Positions 28,510 through 38,733 of a stretch of DNA of 64,000 bases are shown here, piece after piece. The stretch is taken from contig CAURWW010000004.1 of the NCBI GenBank assembly GCA_963529085.1, positions 1,504-65,503 on the forward strand, written 5' to 3'. The stretch comes from an uncultured Candidatus Saccharibacteria bacterium. Lineage in GTDB: Bacteria > Patescibacteriota > Saccharimonadia > Saccharimonadales > Saccharimonadaceae. The position numbers were made by a program, and so were the translations under genes. The notes below the pieces were generated by a model. That model ran no database searches, was not told where the DNA came from, and worked only from the letters and a program-made list of their open reading frames with translations. Each line of letters opens with the position of its first letter. The first letter of the stretch is position 1.

Positions 28510-29823
28510 TTATTCAGTTCGAAGCGCCTCTATAGGGTTCATCTTTGCAGCTTTTCGTGCCGGTAAATACCCAGAGACTACAGCAACAACCATTAAGCAT
28601 AATACCATGACTGCACTTGCAACCCAATCCATTTGAAGTAGGCTCACATCTGATTTAATCGAAAATATTCCAGAGTTACTCATTAAAGGATTCAATATTG
28701 AGCTAAACACTCCAGCAATTATCACCCCAATCGTTCCACCCAAAAAACCAATCCATGCAGCTTCATAACGAAACATTTTTGAAATATCGCTCTTTTTAGC
28801 TCCGAGGGATTTCATTAGACCAATTTGCGAAGTTCGCTCAAGTACGCTTATATATTGCGTATTAATTATCCCAAAAACACTTGCCAGAATTGCTAGTGCA
28901 CCGAATCCTGCTAATCCGGCTGCAGCAACGTTGATCGCAGATTGAACTGTCTTGTAACTGTCAGCAAAACTTGAAACTTCAAATCGTTCGACGTCAGCTT
29001 TTCTAATTTCTTCGGCGACTTGTTGAGCTGTAAACCCATTCTTTACACTCACATTAACTCCGCCAAAGTAATTAGCCATTTCGGCGTTAGTTTTTTTAGA
29101 AATTCGTAATCCGTCACTATTTGAAATTCGAAAAGCATTAGGGTAAGAAAACTCCATCTCGGTCTTTCCATTATCTACCGCTACGACCTCAAAAGCCTCT
29201 TCAATAATCTCACCAACTGAATTCTTAATCTCAAAAATTACTTTCTTACCGACCAAGTCTTGCTCTTTCATTTTGACCGCCTTCGCAAAACTCTTAGGAG
29301 CAATAGCTTTTCCTGCAGGAATTTCAAATTTATCATTTAGCTTACCGGCTGAAAACTCAACCTGTTTAGAATCATTTTTAGTCACTGCACCCACAACAAT
29401 CTTTTGTCCGCCGTCTAGCCGAGCTGTCTCAACATTTATATTTACAAATGGGCTTATTTTATCGACACCTTTAACTTTTTGTATTTTTTGAATATCCGAT
29501 TGCTTCAACGCATATTTCTCGAGTCCACTAAGTGTAGCTTTTTCTTTTTCGCTGCTAGAGGCTTCACCTTCGCTGTTCTGAGCTTTAAGTTCGTACGGAT
29601 CCGACTCTTTTTCTGATTTAATTTTTCGCGCTATACTAATAGAGTTCTTGTCTCCAATTTTATTAGCTAAATCAGAGACATAAGCGTTACCCCCCTTTCC
29701 GGCAGCAAGAGCTAGTGAAATTGTTGTCGCCCCAACTGCAATAGCTAGAGATGTTAGAATTGTTCGCAATTTAGATTTAGAAAGATTTTTACTCGCTCGC
29801 TTTACTATATCAACCCTACGCAT
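28510..29823 (-). CDS. MacB/FtsX-family ABC transporter permease
   Basis: RTILTSLAIAVG, SVLERTSQIGLMKSLGA, PARKAAKMNPIEALR. Confidence 0.93.
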   Translation of the reverse strand: MRRVDIVKRASKNLSKSKLRTILTSLAIAVGATTISLALAAGKGGNAYVSDLANKIGDKNSISIARKIKSEKESDPYELKAQNSEGEASSSEKEKATLSGLEKYALKQSDIQKIQKVKGVDKISPFVNINVETARLDGGQKIVVGAVTKNDSKQVEFSAGKLNDKFEIPAGKAIAPKSFAKAVKMKEQDLVGKKVIFEIKNSVGEIIEEAFEVVAVDNGKTEMEFSYPNAFRISNSDGLRISKKTNAEMANYFGGVNVSVKNGFTAQQVAEEIRKADVERFEVSSFADSYKTVQSAINVAAAGLAGFGALAILASVFGIINTQYISVLERTSQIGLMKSLGAKKSDISKMFRYEAAWIGFLGGTIGVIIAGVFSSILNPLMSNSGIFSIKSDVSLLQMDWVASAVMVLCLMVVAVVSGYLPARKAAKMNPIEALRTE

Positions 29824-30514
29824 TTTTTACTCCTCTCGTATCTTTAATTGATTCGATCTCGCCATCTTTGACTCTAATTTGAATCTCACATTTTGCAGCT
29901 AGATCTTCATCATGCGTCACAACAACTAAAGTAGCGCCATTATTTTTATTATAATCAAATAGCAATTTTTCAATTTTTGCGCCAGTTACAGAATCTAGAT
30001 TACCTGTTGGCTCGTCGGCAAAAATCAACTTAGGCTCATTCACGATTGCTCGAGCAATAGCTAATCTTTGTTTTTGACCGCCAGAAAGATCTCGCGCTTT
30101 AGATTTTTTCTTATCAAGAAGTTCAACTTTTTTCAAAGCATTTTCGATTTTCTTAGATCGACGTAAAGTTGGCACTTCTGCTATTTCTAAAGGTAAGCTC
30201 ACATTTTCAACACAAGTTTCATTTCCTTGCACAAAGAAGCTCTGAAAAATAAATCCCATTTTTTGCGCACGAAATTTATCAATCTTCTTTTGCTTCATAG
30301 ATAGAATATCAATCCCGTCTATAAAAACATGACCTTTTTCAGGAGCATCGAGCCCACTCATTGCATGAATTAGAGTTGATTTTCCGCTTCCGGATTTACC
30401 AATAATAGCCACGCTAGCGCCGTCAGGAATCTCAAAACTTACATTTTTTAAAGCTTGAAATTTATTTTTCTTATTACCAAAAGTTTTCGAAATATTCTCT
30501 ACATTAATCTTCAT
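29816..30514 (-). CDS. ABC transporter ATP-binding protein (LolD/MacB-like)
   Basis: GKSGSGKST, LSGGQKQR, ADEPTGNLD, VVTHD. Confidence 0.95.
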   Translation of the reverse strand: MKINVENISKTFGNKKNKFQALKNVSFEIPDGASVAIIGKSGSGKSTLIHAMSGLDAPEKGHVFIDGIDILSMKQKKIDKFRAQKMGFIFQSFFVQGNETCVENVSLPLEIAEVPTLRRSKKIENALKKVELLDKKKSKARDLSGGQKQRLAIARAIVNEPKLIFADEPTGNLDSVTGAKIEKLLFDYNKNNGATLVVVTHDEDLAAKCEIQIRVKDGEIESIKDTRGVKNA

Positions 30515-31913
30515 AAAATTGCTCCAAATCTTTTGCTTCTGTAAATTGATTATTTATATCATAGAAATAAACTTTAAAGTTTTTAATCTTACCACTTCCT
30601 CGAACCGCAAAGTCAGAACCGGCTCGGCTCGAAAGCGTCGCTTCAAGTTTGTCTTGATCTTTTTGCGTTTGATAGCGGAAAGTTTCATTGGTGGTTATTT
30701 TGGAGAGTTCCGGTCCGTAAATTCGAATAAACTCATTTGATCCACCGTAAAAATATCTTCTATTATTGCCAGAAATCGTTAGTTTGTTATCTCTAAAATT
30801 AAATCTTAGTTTTTTTGATAAATTCTGGTTTAAAGCTTTATATTCACCAATCTCAATTTTGCGTTCATCGCTCACAATATACTCTACGCGAATACCAACT
30901 TTTGAACTAACCTCCTCAATCTTAGAAAGATCATCTTTGTTAATATAAGCTTGTGAGATAATCGCACTGGACTCAATTTTCTGTGACAAACGACTAATAC
31001 CATCGCTCGCAACCGTAAAAATTCCTATTCCACTGGTAATTCCTAGCGCTAAGCTCATCATTATCGCAACGAAATGATTGCGCGTAAATTTAGCCAAAAA
31101 ACTTGCATGCGCCAGAATCGACCAAAATATAATGAACATCACGCCCGCAAAATTGCCCAAAATCATAATTAGGAGCTTAGAATTTTCACTCATACCGCTC
31201 ATAGTATCATTCCTGAAAGCTTCTTTAAGCCCAAAGTCGCCCATAACTATAGCGATTAATCCACAAAATGCTATAAGAGTAAAAATTACCCCGAGAATCT
31301 TTAAACCAATCCTTCTAGCTGAATGCTCTTTTCTATTAGTCTTTTCGAAATTAAATTCATCATTAATTTGTGAAATAGCACTTGCCGAAATCTCCTGACC
31401 ACGCATCCTTAAAATATCGTTAGCATTTTTAGCAACTGGCATCGCAAAATCTAAAATTAGATAGACGATAAACATCCAACCCATTGTTGGAAAAATCAAC
31501 AAAATCATCAAAATACGAATTATCGTTACATCTATTTCAAAATACTCGGCAAGTCCAGCCGCCACACCATCAACTTGCGCATTTTCTCGAATGCGATATA
31601 GTTTTTTGGTTTTAATCCGCTCAAAATAGCTACGATTATCGTTGTCAATAACATCCTCATCACCTTCACCCTCAAAAACTTCCGGCTCGCCAATTTGAGC
31701 GCGAATTTTTTCGACGTCTTCTTTAGTAATTACGCCATTTGCCCCTACCCCAATATCTGATAGGATTTCAGTGATTCGAATTTCAACATCCGCAAAAATT
31801 GAATCATCAGCAAATTTGTGAAGAGCGTTTAAATATTTTTCAATATCTTTTTTGGCATCATTCTCAATTTCGTAAGGTATTTTCGCCAAATGAATCCGTG
31901 TAATTTCCTTCAT
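30504..31913 (-). CDS. PspC-domain membrane protein
   Basis: KLYRIRENAQVDGVAAGLAEYFEIDVTIIR PspC motif, several TM helices. Confidence 0.88.
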   Translation of the reverse strand: MKEITRIHLAKIPYEIENDAKKDIEKYLNALHKFADDSIFADVEIRITEILSDIGVGANGVITKEDVEKIRAQIGEPEVFEGEGDEDVIDNDNRSYFERIKTKKLYRIRENAQVDGVAAGLAEYFEIDVTIIRILMILLIFPTMGWMFIVYLILDFAMPVAKNANDILRMRGQEISASAISQINDEFNFEKTNRKEHSARRIGLKILGVIFTLIAFCGLIAIVMGDFGLKEAFRNDTMSGMSENSKLLIMILGNFAGVMFIIFWSILAHASFLAKFTRNHFVAIMMSLALGITSGIGIFTVASDGISRLSQKIESSAIISQAYINKDDLSKIEEVSSKVGIRVEYIVSDERKIEIGEYKALNQNLSKKLRFNFRDNKLTISGNNRRYFYGGSNEFIRIYGPELSKITTNETFRYQTQKDQDKLEATLSSRAGSDFAVRGSGKIKNFKVYFYDINNQFTEAKDLEQFYED

Positions 31914-31922
31914 ATTTCCTCT

Positions 31923-32264
31923 TTAAAGTTTATCAATCGTTGCACTTAAATTATTAATTTCTTTCTCCACCACCTGCGCAACACCTTTACCGAAATCGGT
32001 AATTTTATAATATTTCCGTGGTGGGCCTTGCTCACTTTCCTGCCATTCATGCGACAATAATCCTTCTTTTTGAAGTCGACTCAGTAGCGGGTAAATTGTT
32101 CCTTCTACAACTACCAGCTTCGCTTCTCGAAGTTCTTTGATAATGTCGCTCGTATAGACAGGTTTTTTAGAGCAAACTTTTAGCACGCAAAAAGCAATAA
32201 AGCCTTTTCGCATCTGCGTAGACATCTGCGAAGCGTATTTTTCAATTTGTTCTTGCTCCGTCAT
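31923..32264 (-). CDS. PadR family transcriptional regulator
   Basis: QMRKG, EGTIYPLLSRL, GPPRKYYKIT. Confidence 0.95.
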   Translation of the reverse strand: MTEQEQIEKYASQMSTQMRKGFIAFCVLKVCSKKPVYTSDIIKELREAKLVVVEGTIYPLLSRLQKEGLLSHEWQESEQGPPRKYYKITDFGKGVAQVVEKEINNLSATIDKL

Positions 32265-32366
32265 AGTTCTATGTTATACCAAGTAGCTGGCATTGTCAAG
32301 ACTTTTTTATTTTTCTGTAAAAAATAAAATAACTTCCGGCCTTTCGAAAGTTATTCTATGCTCATT

Positions 32367-33698
32367 TTACAGTTCACCCACCGCTTTAATAAATTGCTCT
32401 CCCCGATCAACATAGCTCTTAAACATATCAAAGCTAGCGTGCGCTGGGCTCAAAATAACCACATCCCCAGATTGAGCATCGGCAAAAGCAGTTTCAACAA
32501 CCTGTTGCATGGTCGTATTTAAGCCAAGATTTTTAATGCGGGTGAAGTTCTTATCTTTAAGCTTTGAATTCAATTTTTCAGCTTCTTTACCGATTAAAAT
32601 TACTTCGCGAAGTTCATCAATTGACGATTCTGATATTCGCGAAATTAACTCACTTAAGTCTGCTCCTTTATCACTACCGCCCAAAATCAGCACCTTAGGC
32701 TCAGCGAAGGCATTCATCGCCGCAATTGCACTACCCGGCGTAGTCGCAATGCTGTCATCGTAAAATTTAACCCCACAAACTTCACGCACCAATTTCAAAC
32801 GATGCGGTAAGCCTTCAAATTTAAACAACCCTTCGCGCCAAGCTTTTACAATCTCTTCCATACTCTTGCCTTGACTATTAAGAAAATCAAAAGTCGCTAT
32901 CATGGCCGCTAAAGCATTTTTTTGATTATGCTCACCCGCTAATTTTAGAATGCTAGTTTCAAAAAGCCTCTTCTCACCCCAATAAAAATATCCTTCTTGA
33001 ATGTGAGCAAGTTTTTTGTTCGGAAAATTTTGAAGTGTTCCACATAATTGATTCTTAGAGTTTTCCACAGCCTTTTCCACAACTTGATTTTCTGAATTAT
33101 AGATAAAAAAATCGTTTTTGGTTTGCTTTAAGGCAATATTCATTTTAGCTGCAATATAATCGTCAAAACCGTCATGAACATCCAAGTGGTCTGGCTCGAT
33201 ATTATTCAGAATCGCTATAAATGGTGATTTCTGCGCATCCCAAAGCTGAAAGCTACTTAGCTCATAAACTACCGCGTCATTAGGCGCTATTTCGTCAATT
33301 TTATCAAGCGCAGGAACCCCAATATTACCGAGTAAATGCGTTTTTACACCAGCAGATTTTAGAATTTCCGCCACAAAACTAGCTGTCGTTCCCTTGCCCT
33401 TCGACCCAGTCACACCAATAATCTTCGCTGGACAATTCTCAAAGAATAAATTTGTTACACTAGTAATTTTAGAAGAAGAAAGGCTGTGTGGATTTACGGC
33501 TGGTGTGCGAACGATTAAATCAGCTTCTACCTCCGAAAAGTCCTTTACGCCCAAAAAAATTTTAGCGTTTCGTGGTGCTTCTATTTTACTTTCTGCCCGC
33601 TGATCGTAAATTTCAAATTCTGCATCTTTATATTTTTTAGCCAAAAAATTCATCGCACTTTGCGTCTCTAAACCAAATCCGAGTAAAGCAATCTTCAT
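32367..33698 (-). CDS. murD: UDP-MurNAc-L-Ala--D-glutamate ligase
   Basis: GVTGSKGKGTT, ELSSFQL, DHLDVH, GLPHRL, LSPAHASFDMF. Confidence 0.96.
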   Translation of the reverse strand: MKIALLGFGLETQSAMNFLAKKYKDAEFEIYDQRAESKIEAPRNAKIFLGVKDFSEVEADLIVRTPAVNPHSLSSSKITSVTNLFFENCPAKIIGVTGSKGKGTTASFVAEILKSAGVKTHLLGNIGVPALDKIDEIAPNDAVVYELSSFQLWDAQKSPFIAILNNIEPDHLDVHDGFDDYIAAKMNIALKQTKNDFFIYNSENQVVEKAVENSKNQLCGTLQNFPNKKLAHIQEGYFYWGEKRLFETSILKLAGEHNQKNALAAMIATFDFLNSQGKSMEEIVKAWREGLFKFEGLPHRLKLVREVCGVKFYDDSIATTPGSAIAAMNAFAEPKVLILGGSDKGADLSELISRISESSIDELREVILIGKEAEKLNSKLKDKNFTRIKNLGLNTTMQQVVETAFADAQSGDVVILSPAHASFDMFKSYVDRGEQFIKAVGEL

Positions 33699-33834
33699 AT
33701 TTTCTCCTTTTTTTAATTTTATCATTTTGCGTTTTTTTTAGCAAACTAACCTCACAAACTTGACTTTTTAGAAAAAACGTGTTAGAATATCAATACTCAT
33801 TGAGAGTAAATTTCAAATAAGGAGGTGCCAAAAT

Positions 33835-34164
33835 ATGGCACTAAAATGTTTTATGCTATCTACCAAGACAGCAACTAAAGGTGTAGAAAATACCGAAAAT
33901 TTAAAAACAGTATTTTCATCGATGCCGAAATCAAAAAAACAGGCAACGAAAAAAATTATTACCTTCATCAAACAAAATGTTAATGAAGGTGATGAGATAT
34001 ATTTATTCGATAATAGCCTAACAGATATTATCGAATATTCAGAGATTTTCAAGCAGGAGTGCTTAAAAATAGGTGCAAAATGCAAAATCTCGAGATGGCA
34101 AAAAAATATACATATCCATGAAAAAGCCCCGGAACACGGGCAATATATGTTCATGGAAGTGTAA
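33835..34164 (+). CDS. Orphan hypothetical protein (109 aa) forming a stand-alone transcription unit
   Basis: TTGACT-N17-TAGAAT promoter, SD AAGGAGGT, terminator AGCTTCAC-AAAA-GTGGAGCT-T-run directly after. Confidence 0.75.
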   Translation: MALKCFMLSTKTATKGVENTENLKTVFSSMPKSKKQATKKIITFIKQNVNEGDEIYLFDNSLTDIIEYSEIFKQECLKIGAKCKISRWQKNIHIHEKAPEHGQYMFMEV

Positions 34165-34203
34165 CCTACTACAGCTTCACAAAAGTGGAGCTTTTTCTTT
34201 TTT

Positions 34204-35493
34204 CTATTTTTCAAAAAGTTTAGAAATCTCAGCGTTTAATTCATTGACCTGCTCAACTTCACCACCGCTAACCGCACCAAATGCCCAGCATTTTGCGTCA
34301 ATAAATTCACGCGCAACTTTGAGCATTTTATCGAGTGATATCTCACGAATCAGTTCTGGCTGCTTTTCAAAATCACGAATTTCACCGTCCCAAAAATAAC
34401 GACTAGCATAAAATCCAGCTGTCGAAGCTACCGTTTGGCCACTCATCTGAAAAGACCCTAATGCAAAGCTCTTCATCGCTTCAAGCTCAGCCTCAGAAAT
34501 TTCACCACTCAAAATTCGCTTTAATTCTGTTACAACAAGCTCAAAAAGCGGCTTAGCAGTATCAAAATTAGTTTGTCCCTCGAAATCCCACGAAGAATCA
34601 TTCACTCCGCGCGACGTTCCAGAATAAATACCGTAAGCCAAACCACGTTTTCTGGCCTGTCCAAAAATACGCGAATGCATCGTGCCAGTTATAATGTGGT
34701 TCAACGCATCCATAGCGTCCATTTCATCATCCGACAGCTGACGCGGTAAAACTAGTGATAAACCAAAACTAATATTTTTTAGATCTGGTCGCGCAATATA
34801 AACTGGCTCATATGGTGTTTCGAGTGGATCAGTTATAAGGTCAAACCTTTCGCCTCGCGGTAAAGAAATTTGCTCAAGGCTAGCAATAATTTTCCCACGG
34901 CGCGATTCATCAATTTTTCCAGCAATAACAAATCGTAAGTTGTCGGTAGTGTGAGTCCGCGTGTGATGTTCACAGATGTCAGCTAGCGAAATATTATCAA
35001 TTGTTTTAAGACGCTGCTCATAAGTTAGAACTTTTTCACCAAAAGCCTGCTGAATTTTTGGCCATAAAAGGCGTGCGTTATTATTTAGATATCCAGTCAA
35101 TTCATTGCGAACATTGCCCTTTTCGGCTAGAAATTCAGTTTCATTAAATTTTGGCGTAGCGATCGAAAGAAGCTGAAGGTCTAGAATTCTTTCCCATTCA
35201 AAATCAGCACAATCAGCAATATAAACCATATTCATATCAGATGTTGAGGCGTTATGATAGGCGCCATTTTTGGTAAAATCAGCTTCAAATTCATGCTCGC
35301 TAGCAAATTTTGCATTAGCACCAAAAGCCATATGCTCCATTATATGAGCAGTTTCGTAAATTTTATGACTTTTAGTATACCTTGAGCCTGCTCGGAACTG
35401 AAACCGAAAACTCATCACAGTTGCATCTGGAACATTTATAAGAAGACCGCGTGCGCCATTTTTTAGGCGCACTTCTTCAACGAAATGCCGCAT
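34204..35493 (-). CDS. M16 family zinc peptidase
   Basis: AHIMEHMAF (HxxEH), NASTS, R.RGLAY. Confidence 0.92.
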   Translation of the reverse strand: MRHFVEEVRLKNGARGLLINVPDATVMSFRFQFRAGSRYTKSHKIYETAHIMEHMAFGANAKFASEHEFEADFTKNGAYHNASTSDMNMVYIADCADFEWERILDLQLLSIATPKFNETEFLAEKGNVRNELTGYLNNNARLLWPKIQQAFGEKVLTYEQRLKTIDNISLADICEHHTRTHTTDNLRFVIAGKIDESRRGKIIASLEQISLPRGERFDLITDPLETPYEPVYIARPDLKNISFGLSLVLPRQLSDDEMDAMDALNHIITGTMHSRIFGQARKRGLAYGIYSGTSRGVNDSSWDFEGQTNFDTAKPLFELVVTELKRILSGEISEAELEAMKSFALGSFQMSGQTVASTAGFYASRYFWDGEIRDFEKQPELIREISLDKMLKVAREFIDAKCWAFGAVSGGEVEQVNELNAEISKLFEK

Positions 35494-38166
35494 TTATTTT
35501 CGGCCCTTTTTCTTGTTTTGGCGCTGAGCTTTTTTAGTTTTGCGAGCCTTGTTTTTACGAGCATTCCTCTCGGACACAGTCGAAGATTTCTTGGCGCTAA
35601 AATCATCATCTCGATTCTTTTCACCAGATAATACTTCATTCACGCCAGATTCAACAGAATTTTCCGCAAGACGTGTTAATTCGGTTTCGTGATCTTCTTC
35701 GCTACGAGCTAGAATATCGCTCTGCTGAATATGAGTAATAATTCGGACAGCCTCATCTCGCAAAGTGTTTTGAAGACCATCAAATAATTTTTGACTCTCA
35801 GAACGGTATTCTACCAACGGATCGCGCTGACCGACACTTCGCCAGTGGATTCCTTCGCGCAAATGATTCATATTTTCAAGGTGATTCATCCATAAAGTAT
35901 CAAGAATCTGCATATAAACTTCGCGCTCGATCTTTTGGATTGTATCTTCACCTAGCTCAAATTCTTTTTCGGCATAAATATCGTCAGCGATCTGTTTAGC
36001 TAGTGAAAGACGTTTTTTATCATTTTTAATTCGGCCAATTGCTTCAACCGTATCACGTTCAACCGGGAAGAATTCTAGGAAATTATCAACAAAATCTGGA
36101 TTATTCTTTGAAGGAAGCTCCACTAGTTCACGAACCTTATCCTCAAACAAGGCTTTAATTTGCGGAGTAATATCTTCGCCTTCAAGAATTTTTCGGCGCA
36201 TCGTATAAACAACTTTTCGATGACGATTAATCACATTGTCGTATTGAACAACATTTTTACGCGTGTCAAAATTGAATCCCTCAACTCGTTTTTGAGCATT
36301 TTCAAGCGTCTTGGAAACAGATTTGTGCTGAATTGGTTGATCATCAGGCATACCAAGTCGATCCATGAGCATGGCAATTCGCTCACCCTGGAAAATTCGC
36401 ATTAGATCGTCTTCGGTTGAAACAAAGAATTGCGTCTCGCCTGGATCACCTTGACGGCCACCACGACCACGGAACTGGTTATCAATTCGACGCGATTCGT
36501 GACGCTCTGAACCAATTACAACTAAGCCACCTAGTTCTTTTACGCCTTCACCAAGCTTAATATCAGTTCCACGACCAGCAATGTTCGTAGCAAGCGTAAT
36601 CGCACCCTTCTCTCCGGCTCGAGCCACAATCGCAGCTTCATGCTCGTTATTTTTAGCATTTAGAAGATTGTACTTTATGCCTTCCTTATCGAGATATTTG
36701 GCGATTTGTTCATTTTTTTCAATTGAAGCCGAGCCAACCAAAACTGGACGACCAGCCTTGTGATGCTTTTTAATTTCTTCAGCGACAGCTTTAAGTTTAG
36801 CTTTTTCAGTCTTAAAAATTAGATCTTCTTTATCATCACGAATGACTGGTTTATTCGAAGGAATTTGTACAACCTCCAAAGAGTAAATCTGCTGAAACTC
36901 TTCAGCTTCAGTAAATGCGGTTCCAGTCATACCTGAAAGTTTTTTATAAAGGCGGAAGAAATTCTGGAATGAAATTGTCGCAAGTGTCATTGACTCTTGA
37001 AGTACTGGCACTTTTTCTTTTGCCTCAATTGCTTGATGAAGGCCTTCGTTGTATCGACGACCATTCATTAAGCGGCCAGTGTGTTCATCGACGATAATTA
37101 CTTCTCCGTCATTAGTCACCACATAGTCTTTATCGCGCTTAAAGAGAGTTTGCGCCCGTAAAGCTTGATCCATATGATAAACTGCGCGAGAATGCTCTGG
37201 CGTGTAAAGATTTTTCATATTGAGAAGTTTTTCAACTTTGTCAATTCCAGAATCAGTCAACGAAACACTGCGACGCTTCTCGTCCGTTTCATAATCTTCA
37301 TCTGTTAGTTGAGCGGCAATTTTAGCAAACTGAATGTATGCCTCTGGGTTCTCCGCAGCTGGAGCCGAGATAATCAATGGCGTTCGAGCTTCATCGATCA
37401 AAATTGAATCGACTTCGTCAACGATAGCAAAGTTAAGATCACGCTGACGCAATAAATCAACTTCATTCACCATATTATCACGCAAATAATCAAAGCCAAA
37501 TTCATTATTTGTACCATATGTGATATCGGCATTATAAGCTTCTTTGCGTGTAGCAGGTCGAAGGCGGCGCATTTTTTCGTCTTCGTGGGATTCGTTATCA
37601 AACTTAGGATCATAAATATAACTCGCCTCATTCACAATTACACCTACCGACAGGCCAAGAAAATCATAAAGCTCACCCATCCAAGAAGCGTCACGCTGAG
37701 CTAAGTAGTCGTTAACTGTCACTACATGAACACCCTTACCTTCAAGCGCATTCAAAGAAACTGGTAAAGTCGCCACCAAGGTTTTACCTTCACCAGTTTT
37801 CATCTCGGCAACTTTTCCTTCATGAAGAACCATTCCACCAATTAGCTGAACATCAAAATGACGCATTCCGAGCGTACGAGTTGAAGCTTCTCGCACCAAC
37901 GCAAAAACATCTGGCAAAATTGTATCAAGTGTTTCACCTTTTTTATCAAGCTTTTTTCTGAATTTAGCAAAACTTTCTTTTAATTCATCATCAGATTTTT
38001 TAGCATATTTTTCGCTTAAAGCATTAATCTCATCAACTTTTTTTTGCAGTCGCGCCAAAATTCGCTTTTGCGGATCACCAAAAATCTTTGTTAGAATTTT
38101 TTCAGTTTTACTTTCCTCTATCATCACATTTTTTTTCGCAGTTTTTTTAGACATTTCCTTCTCCAT
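35494..38166 (-). CDS. secA: Preprotein translocase subunit SecA
   Basis: MKTGEGKT, DEVDSILIDEARTPLIIS, ATNIAGRGTDI, GRQGDPG. Confidence 0.99.
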   Translation of the reverse strand: MEKEMSKKTAKKNVMIEESKTEKILTKIFGDPQKRILARLQKKVDEINALSEKYAKKSDDELKESFAKFRKKLDKKGETLDTILPDVFALVREASTRTLGMRHFDVQLIGGMVLHEGKVAEMKTGEGKTLVATLPVSLNALEGKGVHVVTVNDYLAQRDASWMGELYDFLGLSVGVIVNEASYIYDPKFDNESHEDEKMRRLRPATRKEAYNADITYGTNNEFGFDYLRDNMVNEVDLLRQRDLNFAIVDEVDSILIDEARTPLIISAPAAENPEAYIQFAKIAAQLTDEDYETDEKRRSVSLTDSGIDKVEKLLNMKNLYTPEHSRAVYHMDQALRAQTLFKRDKDYVVTNDGEVIIVDEHTGRLMNGRRYNEGLHQAIEAKEKVPVLQESMTLATISFQNFFRLYKKLSGMTGTAFTEAEEFQQIYSLEVVQIPSNKPVIRDDKEDLIFKTEKAKLKAVAEEIKKHHKAGRPVLVGSASIEKNEQIAKYLDKEGIKYNLLNAKNNEHEAAIVARAGEKGAITLATNIAGRGTDIKLGEGVKELGGLVVIGSERHESRRIDNQFRGRGGRQGDPGETQFFVSTEDDLMRIFQGERIAMLMDRLGMPDDQPIQHKSVSKTLENAQKRVEGFNFDTRKNVVQYDNVINRHRKVVYTMRRKILEGEDITPQIKALFEDKVRELVELPSKNNPDFVDNFLEFFPVERDTVEAIGRIKNDKKRLSLAKQIADDIYAEKEFELGEDTIQKIEREVYMQILDTLWMNHLENMNHLREGIHWRSVGQRDPLVEYRSESQKLFDGLQNTLRDEAVRIITHIQQSDILARSEEDHETELTRLAENSVESGVNEVLSGEKNRDDDFSAKKSSTVSERNARKNKARKTKKAQRQNKKKGRK

Positions 38167-38241
38167 TAAAACAGTATAAAATCTACCTTTTATTTTAGCA
38201 TAAACAGAGATGAAAAAAAAGCCCCGAAATCGGAACTTTTA

Positions 38242-38637
38242 TTATTTTTTCCTAAAAAATTCCAAAAATCTGAATCTAGGAAAAATTTTATTAACTATCT
38301 TATAAAAATCTACTTCGATAGAATCTAGACTCGAGTCGAAATTATATGTAAGATCATTTTCTAGAAACTTACCATTACACTCCTCTAATTTTCTAGATAA
38401 AATACGGAGTCGATCCGAAACATCGCTATCGTCGCTTAGAGATATGACACAATTATCCATCAAGCAGACCTCTTCTAGATATAAGTAATCCTGCTCAATT
38501 TCAAATTCACCATCTATAATCTCAACAACTATATATTCTAACAGATCGCCCGGAATGATCTCATACAAAATTATACTTGATGGCTCAATAATAGCAAACC
38601 TCCTACCGTATTTCGCAAAAAGTTTCTCTTTATCCAT
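38242..38637 (-). CDS. Orphan acidic hypothetical protein (131 aa) between hpf and secA
   Basis: Own TATAAT and SD-like AGGGGG upstream; no motif recognised. Confidence 0.65.
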   Translation of the reverse strand: MDKEKLFAKYGRRFAIIEPSSIILYEIIPGDLLEYIVVEIIDGEFEIEQDYLYLEEVCLMDNCVISLSDDSDVSDRLRILSRKLEECNGKFLENDLTYNFDSSLDSIEVDFYKIVNKIFPRFRFLEFFRKK

Positions 38638-38733
38638 TTTTTTTCACCCCCTAAAATAATAAAGTTACACCATTATACAATATTTTTAGCAAAAAATAAA
38701 ATCGCGCCGTTTTGACGCGATTACTGGAGTAAA

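Noticed and set aside
28510..32264. padR-pspC-ABC cluster as a novel system
   Set aside because: PadR + PspC + MacB-like ABC envelope-stress modules are a familiar arrangement
33813..34399. Overlapping ORFs 33813-34214 (-) and 34073-34399 (+)
   Set aside because: No expression signals; 33835-34164 has the promoter, SD and terminator
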